Source: the human T2T-CHM13v2.0 reference genome, Homo sapiens. Taken from it: 64,000 nt of DNA. The translations under genes and the position numbers were made by a program. Below are positions 40,146 to 56,374 of this stretch, piece after piece. The stretch lies in the NCBI RefSeq assembly GCF_009914755.1, contig NC_060935.1. One strand, given 5' to 3'. The notes below the pieces were generated by a model. That model saw only the letters and a list, made by a program, of their open reading frames with translations, had not been told where the DNA came from and searched no databases. Positions within the stretch are counted from its first letter, which is position 1, and every line of letters starts with the position of its first letter.

Positions 40146-43100
40146 TCAGAAAGCTCAAGACCTGTAGAAAGGCCTCTCCTCAGCTTATAATGGAATCTGA
40201 CCATTAAAAGAGCTCAGCTTTGGAAGTTCAGCTACAAAGGAGCTAAATATTTATTCCCTAACGATAGACTCTGTTGTTCAAACAAACAAACAAAAAAAAC
40301 TAAACATTAATGTTTAATCCTTAATTATAACATAGACTCAAGGAAGACACAGTCATTTCCTCTATTTTGTTATGTGATGCTATCAATTTTAATAAGAGAA
40401 TGATTCATGTTGTTCTTCATATTGCCCAATGTAGGGAGAATGAATAAAAATAAATCCCTTTTGAAAATGAGATGCAGTAACAAATTATAAATAGCAGCCG
40501 AATGCTAATTAGCATGAAGCTAATTCTTCAATTTACATCCTTTGAAATCTGAAAGCAAAAGATCTACACTAAAATGTCAGATTTAAATAATGACATCCTG
40601 CTTTAGAAACCCTGTTGGTTCAGAAGGCTTCACATGCTCTGTAGGGTGGAGAGCAGAGGCTGTGTCATGGTTCAGTACCACGGACCTAGGTTCAAACCAC
40701 TGCTGCACCTGAGTACCCATGAGGGTTGGGGCCAGTTATTTTACCTTTTCTGGCCTTAGGCTTCGACACAAACTCTCTCCTACTAGCAGACACCTCTACT
40801 CCACCTCCACAATTTAGACAATTCTTACACGTGGGTCTTGATGGTATCCTGTTGTAGGACTCATTGAAAGCCAACTGCACTCCACCCAACCCTCACTTCA
40901 TAAATAAGTAAATGCATGCACTGTGTGAAGCTGGTTTGGGTTGCATTTCTGTCACTTATAACTGAAAATGTCATGACAAATAAAATATGCATGCATAATT
41001 TTACAGTTATCAGAGCAAAAATGAAATTTGTCTTCACTTAACATTCATAATATTCATAATGTCTTAACATAAGATAGCACTCATTAACATTTTCTCATAC
41101 TGTTCTAAATACTCCTAGTCTTTATAACTGATTGGTAATAGTTCTCATATTTTAAGCAGTTGCATGTTTAAGCAATTTTTCTTTACCTCAAATAATCTGT
41201 AAGTATTCACAGAAGGGAAAAGGGTGAAAACATCTTATTCAAGTCTACTGACTCCAACACCTGGAGTTGGTATAAACATAGTCCCTCTTTTTCTAGTGTT
41301 GGAATGTAACTGTTACTCAGTGGTTCTAACCTGGAATCACTAGCCTACAGAGGAAGTCAAAAGAGCCACCTGTGAAAAACACTCGACTCTCCTGCTCCCT
41401 TCCCCACTACACTAGTGCTGCCCAAATCAAGACCTGCAGCCTGATAAGATCCACAAATGAGATAAAGAAACTGAAAGCAAGTGTTTAGAAACTCTTAATT
41501 TGACACTGCCATGATATACAGGAGAATGATTATTTTCCAAATAATTCATTTTTTATAACATTTAGAAAAGTATCAGTCCACAACACTGGAGACTAACAAT
41601 CTTTTAACCTGGCCCTCCAATGCAGATAAGTCTTGAGAAGCTGCACTGTGCCACTCTCCCCCATCAGAGAGGCATGTGCTAGAGTCTGCGAACTAGGTTT
41701 CTAAATTTCTCAAACGCTGAAGGATCCAGGTGTGAATACATAGTTCCAGATCTGCATACCTCCCTATCTGTGATTAAGTAACTTGCAGTGGCTTATTCTT
41801 ATTCCTCTAACCTCCTACCCTGTAAAACAAGATAACTTCCCCATCTTGCCCTGCTTTTGCCACAGAATTTCTCAAAATAGCCCACACTTACTTCCTCCAC
41901 ATCCTTAGCCTCCAATCACACCTCAACTCACTATCATCTGGTTTCCACAACCAGAAGACTGAAATAAATCTAAGGAAGTCATCAGCAACCGCACAAGACC
42001 AGTGCAGCCTCTCACTCCCCCATCCTCTGCACAGCACTCAATGCTTTCCACCACCTCCGTGGCTTCCTTCACAAAACAGCCTCGTGGTTCTCTCCAGTTT
42101 CTGGCTACTTCTCTTGGCTTTTTGCTGCCTCTTCATCTTCTACCTCCCATGTTTGTTTTCCCCAAAGTTTTACCCTTGGACCCTCTCCTCAAACACTCTC
42201 TTCCTGGAGGATATTACCCATTCTTATCTCCTCAATCACTAAGCTCAAAAGAGACAAATTTCAAATCTGCATTCCTAGTCCGAGCAGCCTCTTTTGACCT
42301 CCAATTCCCATTCCCCATTCCCAAATGCCTCCTGGACTAACCCTGTATGGGATTGTCACATAAATTTCTATCACTAGAGAGTTGCCTATACTCCTTATTT
42401 TAATTAATAGCACCACCACCTTCCTGGTCATCCAGACAGTATTTTGGAGACTCAAACATCACTTGGATATCCCTCCAGTGTTCAGTCTCCTTCTCCCCAT
42501 GTCACTGCAGTTCAGGTCTTCATTGTCTCTCTTTCTGAAATCATCCATTCATCAAATGGCTTTTCAGCACATGCCAGGCAATATAAACACAACAGACGTG
42601 ATTCTGCCCTCACTGAGTTTATAATACTAAGAGAACAGATTCCATGATTCCAACAACCTCTATCTGACCACCAAATTTGCACTTCTCTGCCATTATGCTA
42701 CCACTAGATTAGATCCAGGCACCTCCTGTTCAGAATCCTTGGCAGTTTCCCATTATACACAGAAGGGCCATCCTATTTAAAGCCCTCCACAACCTGATCC
42801 CAGTCTATTTTATCATATTTTTTTCCCATTGCATGTAGAATCTTTTTAGGCCAAGGTTCCAGTCCAGAATACACCCTGCATTCTGCCAACTCTGGGCCTT
42901 TCTCATCTTTCCACCCTCACTCTTCTCTCCTCTCCATCTCAAATCCTACCAATCCATCGAGCTCCAGCTTAAACACCAATTCTAATTAAGAAGTTCCCTC
43001 AGATTTTCCAGGAGAAATATATGCTACAATCCCTTCTGCTGGACAACACTTTTTGAATGCTTTTCCTACTCTGCCTTGAAAGTGGGTCCCAGCATTTGTT

Positions 43101-43325
43101 TTTATCACTCTAAAACTTCCTGCACTAGACTCTGAGTAATTTGAAAAAAAGGAAAATCTCCACATTTATCCATTTCCCCAGAATGCCTATTACTGCCATG
43201 CACAAAAAAAAAAAAAAAAAAAAAAAAAAAAACATGCTCAGTCAAGTATTTTTAATTAAAATACCTTTTGCTAAAAATTACTTTGAAATTTTAGAAGCAA
43301 TCACTGGTTAAATACCCTTAAGTGA

Positions 43326-44183
<858 letters not shown>

Positions 44184-44551
44184 CCTACTTACCTGTTAAG
44201 TGGGATCATTACGTATAGCGTACAGCTATGGGAAAAGAAATAAAATGAATTAAAACAAGTGGTGATAAACAGAAGAGGAGCAAGCTAGACAAAGTATATA
44301 CAACCTTGTTACATCACATTTTAAAAGTCAAATGATAAAATAGTCAATAAGGGCACAATGTATGCCAATAAGGGCATAATGTCCAACTCTGAGATACTGT
44401 AAATCTCTAAACAAACAATATAGAAAGAAAACACCTAGAACACAAATTCATGACCATCCATTCAGGAAATGCTGTCTGAAAGAACTTCCACATAAAGAGA
44501 CTTAAGAGATTCTAAAGAATCGCTCAAATGCTAAATGTGCTATAATAAAGC

Positions 44552-44850
44552 AGGGCTGGCAAACCATGGCCTGTGGGTCAAATCCATCCCACCATCTGTT
44601 TTTGTACAGAATGGTTTTCACAACTGCAAAAAGAGAGTCATATTTCATGACATATGATGATGACATGAAACACAAACATCAGTATACACAAAGTTTTATT
44701 GGAACACAGCCACATTCATTTAGACATTGCTTATGGCTGCTTCAGTGCTATAATGGCAGGCTAGACTAGTTGGGACAGAGATATAGCCGCCAAAGCCCAA
44801 GATGACACTTACAATCTGGCCCTTTATGAAAAAATTTGCAAACTCCCAAT
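44552..44850. mobile_element. MER58B-like DNA transposon
   Basis: cagggctggcaaacc...ggccctttatgaaaaaatttgcaaactcc termini. Confidence 0.7.
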
Positions 44851-44964
44851 TATAGAGAAAAAATGGCCACATAGACAAGGACTATTCATTCCATGAGACT
44901 GTCCACTCTTTTTAAGAAAAGTTTCAAGTCAGAGATTTAAAAAGCTACAAGGCAAATGGGAAAC

Positions 44965-46845
<1,881 letters not shown>

Positions 46846-47130
46846 GATCGGGTGTAGTGCCTCACGCCTGTAATCCAAACACTTTGGGAGGCTGAGGTGG
46901 GCAGACAGCTTGAGTCCAGGAGTTTGAGACCAGCTTAGGCAACAGGGCAAGACCTCATCTCTACACAAAGTATAAAAAGTAGCCAGGTGTGGTAGAATGT
47001 GCCTCTGTAGCCCCACCTACTCAAGAGGCTTAAGGGGGAGGATGACTTTGAGCCCGAGGCAGGTTGCAGTGAGCCAAGATGGCGCCACTACATGCCAACC
47101 TGGGCAACAGATCAAGACCTTGTCTCTACT
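46846..47130 (+). mobile_element. Alu (J-like) whose tail position is occupied by the polypurine tract
   Basis: Alu body ends gaccttgtctctact and runs directly into aaagaaggggaagaggg. Confidence 0.88.
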
Positions 47131-50100
47131 AAAGAAGGGGAAGAGGGAGGGGAAGAGGAAGAGGGAGGGGAAGGGGAAGGGGAAGGGGAAGGGGAGGTAG
47201 AGGGAAAGAGGGGAGGTGGGAGGGGGAGGGCAAAGGGAGGGGAAATGGAGAGGAGAGGGGGAGGGGAGGGGAAAGGGGGAGGGGAGAGGGAGGGGAGGGG
47301 GAGGGGAGAGGGAGGGGAGGGGGAGGGGAGGGGGAGGGGAGGGGAGAGGAAAGGGGGAGGGGAGAGGAAAGGGGGAGGGGAGGGGGAGGGGAAAGGGAGA
47401 GGAAAGGGGGAGGGGAGGGGAAAGGGAGAGGAAAGGGGGAGGGGAGGGGAAAGGGAGAGGAAAGGGGGAGGGGAGGGGAAAGGGAGAGGAAAGGGGGAGG
47501 GGAGGGGAGGCAGAGGGGAGGACAGGAGAGGGGAGGACGGGAGGGGAGGCAGAGGGGAGGATGGGGGAGGACAGGGGAGGGGGAAGCAAAGGGGAAGAGA
47601 TGGGAGGGAGAGGGGAGGGAGAGGGAGAAGGGAGGGGAGAGAGGGGAGGGGGAGGGAGAAGGGAGGGAGAAGGGAGGGGAGGGAGGGGAGGCGGAGGGAG
47701 AAGGGAGGGGAGGCGGAGGGAGAAGGGAGGGGAGGCGGAGGGAGAAGGGAGGGGAGGGAGGGGAGGTGGAGGGGGAGGGAGGGGAGGCGGAGGGGGGAGG
47801 GAGGGGAGGCGGAGGGGGGAGGGAGGGGAGGGAGTGGAGGGAGAAGGGAGGGGAGGGAGGGGAGGTGGAGGGAGAAGGGAGAGGAGGGAGGGGAGGGAGG
47901 GGAGGCGGAGGGTGAAGGGAGGGGAGGGAGGGGAGGCGGAGGGAGAAGGGAGGGGAGGGAGGGGAGGCGGAGGGAGAAGGGAGAGGAGGGAGGGGAGGCG
48001 GAGGGAGAAGGGAGGGGAGGGAGGGGAGGCGGAGGGAGAAGGGAGGGGAGGGAGGGGAGGTGGAGGGAGAAGGGAGGGGAGGGAGGGGGAAGGAGAAGGG
48101 AGGGGAGAAGACGGGGAGGGGGAGGGGGAGGGGGGAAGGGAGGAGGGGGGATGGAAATGGGAGGGGAGGGGGCAGGGAGGGGAGGGATAGGAGGGGAGGG
48201 GAGTGGAGGGGGAACAGAGAGAGGAGAGGGAGAAGGTAGGGGAGGGAGGGGAGGGGGAGGAGAGGGAGGGGAGGGGGAAGGGAGGAGAAAGGAGGAAGGG
48301 GGAGAGGGGAGAGGGAGGGGAGGGAGGGGAGGAGAGGAAGGAGAGGGGAGGAGACGGAAGGGGGGGAGAGGGGAGGAGAGAGAGGGGAGGAGAGGGAGGG
48401 GAGGGAGAGGGGAGGAGAGGGAGGGGAGGGAGAGGGGAGGAGAGGGAGGGGAGGGAGAGGGGAGGAGAGGGAAGGGAGGAGAGGGAGGGGAGGGAGAGGG
48501 GAGGAGAGGGAGGGGAGGGAGAGGGGAGGAGAGGGAGGGGAGGGGAGGGAGAGGGGAGGAGAGGGAGGGGAGGGAGAGGGGAGGAGAGGGAGGGGAGGGA
48601 GAGGGGAGGAGAGGGAGGGGAGGGAGAGGGGAGGAGAGGGAGGGGAGGGAGAGGGGAGGAGAGGGAGGGGAGGGAGAGGGGAGGAGAGGGAGAGGGGAGC
48701 AGAGGGAGGGGAGGGAGAGGGGAGCAGAGGGAGGGGAGGGAGAGGGGAGCAGAGGGAGGGGAGGGAGAGGGGAGCAGAGGGAGGGGAGGGAGAGGGGAGC
48801 AGAGGGAGGGGAGGGAGAGGGGAGCAGAGGGAGGGGAGGGAGAGGGGAGGGGCGGAGGGGGGAGGGAGAGGGGAGGGGCGGAGGGGGAGGGAGAGGGGAG
48901 GGGCAGAGGGGGAGGGAGAGGGGAGGGGCGGAGGGGGAGGGAGAGGGGAGGGGCGGAGGGGGGAGGGAGAGGGGAGGGGCGGAGGGGGAGGGAGAGGGGA
49001 GGGGCGGAGGGGGAGGGAGGGGGGGCGGAGGGGGAGGGAGAGGGGAGGGGCGGAGGGGGGAGGGAGAGGGGAGGGGCGGAGGAGGAGGGAGAGGGGAGGG
49101 GCGGAGGGGGAGGGAGAGGGGAGGGGCGGAGGGGGGAGGGAGAGGGGAGGGGCGGAGTGGGGAGGGAGAGGGGAGGGGCGGAGGGGGGAGGGAGAGGGGA
49201 GGGGCGGAGGGGGGAGGGAGAGGGGAGGGGCGGAGAGGGGAGGGGTGGAGGGGGAGGGAGGGGATAGGGGAGGGGAGGGAGAGGGGAGGGGGAGGGGGAG
49301 GGAGGGGACGGCAGGGGGAGGGGAGGGGGAGGGAGAAGGGAGGGGACGGCAGGGGGAGGGGAGGGGGAGGGAGAAGAGGGGAAGGGACGGAGAGGGGATG
49401 GGAGGGGGAGCGGAAGGGGAGGGAGAGGGGAGGGAGAGGGGAGGGGAGGGAGAGGGAAAGGGGAGGGAGAGGGAAAGGGGAGGGAGAGGGGGAGGGAGGG
49501 GGAGGGGACAGGGATGGGAGGGAGGGGACAGGGAGGGGATGGAGAAGGGACAGACTGGAGTGGAGAGGGAGAGAGAGGGGAGAGGAAGGAGGGGACAGTG
49601 AGGGGAGGGGGAGGGGAGGGGGAGGAGGAGGGAGGGGATGGGGAGGGAAAGGGGAGGGAAAGGGGAGGGGAGGGGGAGGGAGGGGATGGGGAGGGGAGGA
49701 GGGAGGGGAGGAGGGGGAGGGGAGGGGAGGGGGCAGGGGACGGGAGGAGAGGGGACAGAGATGGGAGGGGAGGGAGGGAGGGGAGGGAGGGGATGGAGGG
49801 GAGAGGAGGGGGAGGGAGGGGATGGAGGGGAGAGGAGGGGGAGGGAGGGGAGAGGAGGGGGAGGGAGGGGAGAGGAGGGGGAGGGAGGGGATGGAGGGGA
49901 GAGGAGGGGGATGGAGGGGAGAGGAGGGGGAGGGAGGGGATGGAGGGGGCGGGAGGGAGGGTATGGAGGAGAGAGGAGGGGAAGGGAGGGGAAGGAGGGA
50001 GGAGAGGGAGGGGAGGGGAGGGGGGAGGGGAAGAAGGGAGGGGGAGGGAGGGGACGGTGGGAGGGGAGGGAGGGGAAGAGTGGAGGGGGAGGGAGGAGAG

Positions 50101-50278
50101 GGAGGGAGAGGAAGAGGGGAGGGGGAGGGAGGGGACAGAGGGAGGGGAAGGGGGAGGGGGAGGGAGGGGAGGGGGAGGGAAGGGATGGAGGAGAGGGAGT
50201 GGAAGGAGAAGGGAGGGGAAGAGGGGAGGGGAAGGGAACAAGCAGGGAGGGAGGAAGGGAGGGAGAGATGGAGATGGA
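47131..50278 (+). repeat. ~3.15 kb G/A-rich polypurine compound minisatellite
   Basis: Almost no pyrimidines on + strand; sub-arrays of ~25 bp units such as GAGGGAGGGGAGGGAGAGGGGAGGA. Confidence 0.97.
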
Positions 50279-50307
50279 ACTTGAAGATGTAGTAATAAAA
50301 ACAATCC

Positions 50308-50591
50308 AGCCAGGCACGGTGGCTCACGCCTGTAATCCTAGCACTTTGGGAGGCCAAGGTGGGTGGCTCACGAGGTCAGGAGTTCAAGACCAGCCTGGCC
50401 AAGATGGTGAAACCCCACCTCTACAAAAATTAGCCAGGCATAGTGGCAGGCACCTGTAATCTCAGCTACTTGGGAGGCTGAGGCAGAGAACTGCTTGAAC
50501 CATGGAGGTGGAGGTTGCAGTGCAGATCACGCCACTGCACTCCAGACTGGGCAGCAGAGCGAGACTGTCTCAAAAAATAATAATAATAATA
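50308..50591 (+). mobile_element. Alu (S-like)
   Basis: Alu dimer with (AAT)n tail. Confidence 0.9.
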
Positions 50592-50842
50592 CAAAGTAAA
50601 GCATAAAGAGGAAAAAAGGTAAACTGAGATAATAAAAGTTGATGGGTTTCTCATTAAATCTGGATATTATGTAAGCAATCTCGTTATCTGAAGTTAACTA
50701 AAACAAATAAACTTTGCCAACTGAAAGTACTACCAAGGATACATGATAGTGCTACAGTAACAAAAGCCACAGGATAAACATGGTATCTTCCTGGGCAGTA
50801 ATTGTACTAGAAGACATGGAAGATAATTCCATATCAACATAG

Positions 50843-51164
<322 letters not shown>

Positions 51165-51519
51165 GACAATTATATTATTTTTACTGGTCTTCAAATAAAT
51201 GTGTGTGTGGCTTTAGCTGTTTTCAGTTTCATCTTCATGGGGTATCTGTGTAGGTATTCACCTTCCTCTACAGTTGGGTTTCTATATCAGGAGCACTTCA
51301 TAGAAAAAGTTTAAGAAACACGGACTTAAGTAAATATTCAACAAGTCAAAGAACATCAAACTGTTTCACATCCCCTCCACCTGCTGAATGACCAATGCTG
51401 ACTTCTAGATTCAAACCCTAAGGCACTGGAGAAAAGGAACAGAGCTACTAAAGTAAGTTTCACTAACACTTGTTCCCTTAAGAAACCACTTAATTAACAC
51501 AATGAGTAATCAAACATCA

Positions 51520-52936
51520 TCTTGTGATAACAGATCAATTTTAATTCTAGCACCTGAAGCTATACAAGGGTATGCTCTATAAACTTCATGGGACTGTTGT
51601 ACACACTTGATAAAGTGACAACTGTGCAATACCACTTAGCATCTCAAAATCAGGAACATACTATTGAATTGCTTAAACACAATCCACAGAATTAAAAACA
51701 AAATCAGATGCCATCCACAGTTATACTAATTATCCATTAAAAGCTTACACTTAATACTTGAAATAACAATCAATATCTAGCAGGGAATACTGAAAGTGAT
51801 TTCAGAGTCTCATCCTGTTGTACTCTATTGGGAAGGTTTCTTGAGTAGTTATGTGACTGGCCAAAGATGGGTACAACCAAGACCAGACCAGCAAGTAAAA
51901 GTTCTACCACAGTTTCTGTAGTTTCCACTTGTTTTTCTTTGTCAGTTAAAAGTGAACAGTGAGAATTAAATACTTATCTTTACATATACACAAGGTATGC
52001 TATGAAAGCATATCTGCTTACAAACATATAAAAATACTTGTTAACTAGTTTGATAAGAAAATAATGTATAAAAGTATATAGCAAAAACATTAATCATCTC
52101 TGACCCTGGAAAGATCAATTCCATATTTTATATTACAAACAAAAACAGTTTTAGTTTTTTGAATCCCTTACCCAGAAATACTTGAAAAGGAAGACAGAAG
52201 GAAATTATTCCTTTTTACCCTTAGCGTGGCTGTGAAAAAGAGTTAAATTAAAAAATCAAGTACACTGAAATATCTAAGTCCTAAATGAGTCCAAATATTT
52301 GACCACATAGAATATTATCATCTCCAAGAGTAGGAGTAGTAACACAGGGTTTTATAAGCAGTTTTTAATCCATAAATACAACAGGCATTTGGTATTTTGG
52401 CCATCAGAAAACAAAAGTTGTAGTATCAGTAAAGGTCTGAGATGGTTCACTTTTGTAGATTCAATTCAGTGTATTTAAGGTTAACAAAGGCTGACATTGA
52501 AATGTTTAAAGATAGGCAAAAATTCACATTAAAAAAAACCCTATATTTCTATTTAGAGTAACAGTAGGCAGTATGATTCCAAAAGTTAAAAATTATTTCA
52601 CAACCTGTAGCTTCAGCTTGGCAAACAGCTTAGATTCCAAAACTGATTCATCTCTATTAAAATGTAAGCACTTAAAAAAAGAGCATGTCTGTGTATATAG
52701 ACATATATTTTAAAGGAATCAGATAATCTTTGAAGCAGCCTTAGTGTTTCCTTTAAATTTGTCTGGAAATGACCATTGTATTAGCTTCACAGAAAGGACT
52801 AGCCAGCTTCTTGGTCTAAGGCTAACATGGTGATCATTTGTCTAAGGCTAGAAAGGTACCAACAAGATGTAAACTGAGGAGAGAAAGAGAAGATGAGGGC
52901 TTTTCCTGGCCGTTGGTAGCTAAAACTGAAGGGATT
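51520..52936 (-). other. RRAS2: RRAS2 3' UTR
   Basis: ATTAAA on - strand at 51540-51545 (distal) and 52364-52369 (proximal). 8mer seed matches for miR-23 (AATGTGAA, 52523-52530) and miR-223 (AACTGACA, 51940-51947). Confidence 0.8.
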
Positions 52937-53041
<105 letters not shown>

Positions 53042-54046
53042 CTAAAATATAATTGCCTTCTTGGTAATCTACTATTACAAACACAGGTTATTTTTTGTAC
53101 AAGTTCACTTTTAAGTGTGTATGCTTTTCAGTGTTAAACTTCAACGAGGGAATTTCTCTCTTTCCTACCCCCACCAAAAAAGGGCACAAACGCGTCAACA
53201 CCAGCACAAGCAGAGCTATGAAGCTGCTTTAATGGATGAGTCCTGAATCAGACGAGATACTAGACTCAGTAATCTCTAAGTTCCCATCCCAATTTGAAAT
53301 TCCATGACTCTAAGGTATCCTTAAGAATAAAGATTCATCATTAGAGTGCAATATAAAATTAACCTTATGAGGTATGCAGGTCTTATCTGTGTTCTGCCAT
53401 TTTTTAAATTCAGTATTAGACAAAGTTAGTTGACCTAGTCTGAGCCCCAGTTTTTTTAGAGGGGAATAATGGAAACCTACCTTTCACAGCTGTTGTGAGG
53501 ATTAAAGATCTTGTGATGTTAGAATATATCTAATAGCTCCTGGCATTAAAAACAAAACAAACAAAAAACCTCCTCTACTTCTCCCCTCATTCCTGAATTA
53601 CTGATGGGTAAGGAGAGATCCTAAGAACCAAAACAAAGGACAACATTTCAAAACGGCAGTCATAATTATTTTAAGAAGGCACTGCCTCATCAGTTGCTTA
53701 ACACTAAAATGGAACTGGAATGGGAAAGGGGGGTAAAATACATATAACATAAAATTTTCCATCTTAATCATTTTTAAGTATACAATTTGATGGTATCAAG
53801 TATATGCATGATGTTGTGCAACCATCATCGCCATCCATCTCCAGATCTCTTTTTCATCTTATAAAACCGAGACTCTTACCATTAAAAAAAAATGGGACTG
53901 GGATTTTTAACAAACTACTAAAAAAGAAAAAGCTATAACCTTCACTTTTTTTTCCTCCACAGAAAGACAATGCCTTGGCAAGGAGCTAATAAGTAGAAGA
54001 TCATCGCTCAGGTGTCAATTTACCTTAGATACAAAATAAATACGCA

Positions 54047-54351
54047 GCCCAGGTGCGGTGGCTCACGCTGTAATCCCAGCACTTTGGGAGGCTGAGGCGG
54101 GTGGAACACGAGGTCAGGAGTTCGAGACCAGCCTGGCCAATATGGTGAAACCCCATCTCTACTAAAAATACAAAGATTAGCTGGATGTGGTGGCAGGCGC
54201 CTGTAAATCCCAGCTATTCAGGAGGCTGAGGCAGAGAATTGCTTGAACCCAGGAGGCGGAGGTTGTAATGAGCCGAGATCACACCACTGCACTCCAGCCT
54301 GGGTGACAAAGAGAAACTCTGTTTCCAAAAAAAAAAAAAAAAAAAAAAAAA
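54047..54351 (+). mobile_element. Alu (S-like) in RRAS2 intron 5
   Basis: Full dimer plus A tail. Confidence 0.92.
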
Positions 54352-55194
54352 GCAGCCCACTTCACATTCCTATCAAACTGTCTAACTAGCAGAGAATCCC
54401 AGATCTACAGAGCAGAGTATGAAACAGGGGCCAGGCATCAAGACCCAAAATAATAAATCAAATCCTACTCACTAAAGCAACTTCATCTTTCTCACCCACA
54501 AACGTACCTCGTAATTCTATCAGACCTCACCCAACACCTTAAGCTTCTTGGAACCCGTTAACACTTTTTAAACCAAAAGGCCCCCTATGGCATCTAACAG
54601 AAAAATTCTCTGTTGTGTGGGACATTATACTTCACACCTTACAGGATTATTTAATCTCTACTACCTGGTTTACTCTTAGCCTGGGATGAGCTGGATAAAA
54701 AGAAAGGTAGGAGCACAGGCTCTGGAATCAGAGGTTTGAATTAAAGCCCCAGTTCTGCCATTTAATATGTCTTAATTTGAACAAGCTATTTAACTTCTTT
54801 CTCTGTACCCCCATTTTCTCCTCTGAAAGTGAGGATAAAACAGTATTTAGTTTATTGGGCGAGGGTGAGGATTACATGTAATAATACATGTAAAAACGTT
54901 TAGCACAGAAGCTGGCAGAGACTACCATGCAAAAGTTAGCTGCTGTCATCACTATCTTCACACCATCACCCCCTTTGGAAGCAGCATTTATTCTTATCAA
55001 AATCCTATGTGTACTTTATACTTCATAATTAAATTATATTTTATATTCTAGAAGTGCCTAGAATATGTACTTAAAAATTGTAATGCACCATGTGCATTAA
55101 TCCCTAGAAAGGAATCACTTCCATATAAAATATCCTTACTAAAAACATTTAATAGTAATTTATTAAAACACACATCTAGAATGTGTTTTGCTTA

Positions 55195-55329
<135 letters not shown>

Positions 55330-56374
55330 TTATGTTTATGGTACATTATTAACAACTGGATTTGTTCCATCTAATCCTGGCCACAGATTGTGCTAATAAT
55401 TCAGCCAAGAGGCCAAGTTGTTTTATCATAAGGTGAAACAACAGACTTAACAGCTCAAGATAAACTAAAGCCCACCTCTGCAGAACAATGCAGAAGAACA
55501 TATCTGTGATGGAAATACTAGCCTACAACAATATTTCCAAATACAGATCACACAAAAAGTATTAAATACAACAGTAATACATTCTGGGAAGGGAAAGTGT
55601 AAGGTGCTATTAAAGTATACAACCCTGTCAGGGAGATGAGCGAAAGCTTCCCTGAGGAAGTGACATTTAAGCCCAGAAGATAACAGAGTATGGAGTTGAG
55701 GGGTGGAGGGTGGGGGTGTGAAGAAGTATCCTTGCCAGAGAAAACTGAATGTGTGAGGCCATGAGAGTGAATGGGCTTTCCAAGAACTAAAAGAAGCGTC
55801 ATATAGCTGGAATACATTAAGCAAAGAGAGAAAATGGCAAGAGGTGAGGATGGAGAAAAGTGTAAGTTTCAGAGGCCATAAGGTCTCTTCATCATTGCAT
55901 TCCCCAAAACCTGGTACACAGGTGACACTCATCAATATGTGGGGAGAAATGAATTATGAATGCAATCACAGGCCCTCACAATGCCTTATATTTTGGAGAT
56001 CAAGGAAAGGTGGCATAGCTGACTGATGTATAAAATGGCAGGTCAGAATAAGAAAACATAAACTGAATGTAAGTTCCTACATGTTTTAAATGTAAGGATT
56101 TGAATAGTGATGTTTACTAAAAATTATTAAACTCTATTACATTTACATTTATATAGTGGGGCTTAAAATTATATTTCTGAAAACAATACCTTTTATGGCT
56201 ATTATTACAAAAGTAAACACCTGATGAAAAATTAGAAAAGCCAAATTGGGGGGAAAAAAAAAATCAAAGAAAATTTAAGAACCTATCAACCATAGAGAAT
56301 CATGTTCTTTTGGTCATTTTTCAATGATACATAGTTTTTAACACTATAAAAATAGGATCATAATTTTTGTATAT

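Noticed and set aside
47017-50459. Over 1000 aa Pro/Ser/Leu-rich and Gly/Arg/Glu-rich ORFs in several frames on both strands
   Set aside because: Stop codons are nearly impossible in an almost pure G/A (or C/T) sequence, so all frames stay open. There are no splice or gene signals. RAN-type translation is unsupported.
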